Source: Octopus sinensis (taxonomy: Eukaryota). Taken from it: a DNA stretch of 64,000 bases. The notes under the pieces were generated by a model. That model had not been told where the DNA came from. It did not search any database and was given only the letters and a program-made list of their open reading frames with translations. Positions 63,840 to 64,000 of the stretch are shown piece after piece (the first letter of the stretch is position 1; every line of letters starts with the position of its first letter). The stretch is taken from the NCBI RefSeq assembly GCF_006345805.1, contig NC_043006.1, positions 9,300,001 through 9,364,000 on the forward strand. The letters run 5' to 3'. The translations under genes were made by a program, and so were the position numbers.

Positions 63840-64000
63840 ACGAATTATAAACTACCGTTCGGAAAATAATATTCTGAGATATATTTCGTTACTGGATATT
63901 CGGGATGGAACAATTACCCAAGTAATTTTTACGCCAGTTGTGAGCGTATTTGCAATTTTTCCTCGAATTCGGATACGACTCGAAGATAGCTGCTGCTGAT

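Overview
AT-rich, microsatellite-saturated animal genomic DNA. The SINE families and simple-repeat load look like an octopus (coleoid cephalopod) genome; that is my recognition and has not been database-checked. I found no recognisable host protein-coding gene, rRNA, true tRNA or CRISPR array. Nearly all ORFs in the track are translated microsatellites or transposon debris. The window holds three groups of tRNA-derived SINEs (A, B/B', C), a Helitron helicase relic, L1/Tx1-like, CR1-like, RLE-type and RTE-type non-LTR relics, a Gypsy LTR-PBS-gag relic, two Tc1/mariner elements and a Penelope-like element (PLE) with long inverted terminal repeats. The most notable signal is absent from the ORF track: eight type I hammerhead-ribozyme (HHR) motifs from six unrelated sequence contexts. 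They share a minimal, palindromic or near-palindromic stem III, and most have a long extended stem II. Four of them sit in two long inverted-repeat pairs (about 285 bp and 540-580 bp arms) in TA-microsatellite surroundings. The copy at 25030-25121 has a fully canonical core. Ribozyme activity, family names and host identity are inferences that need testing.
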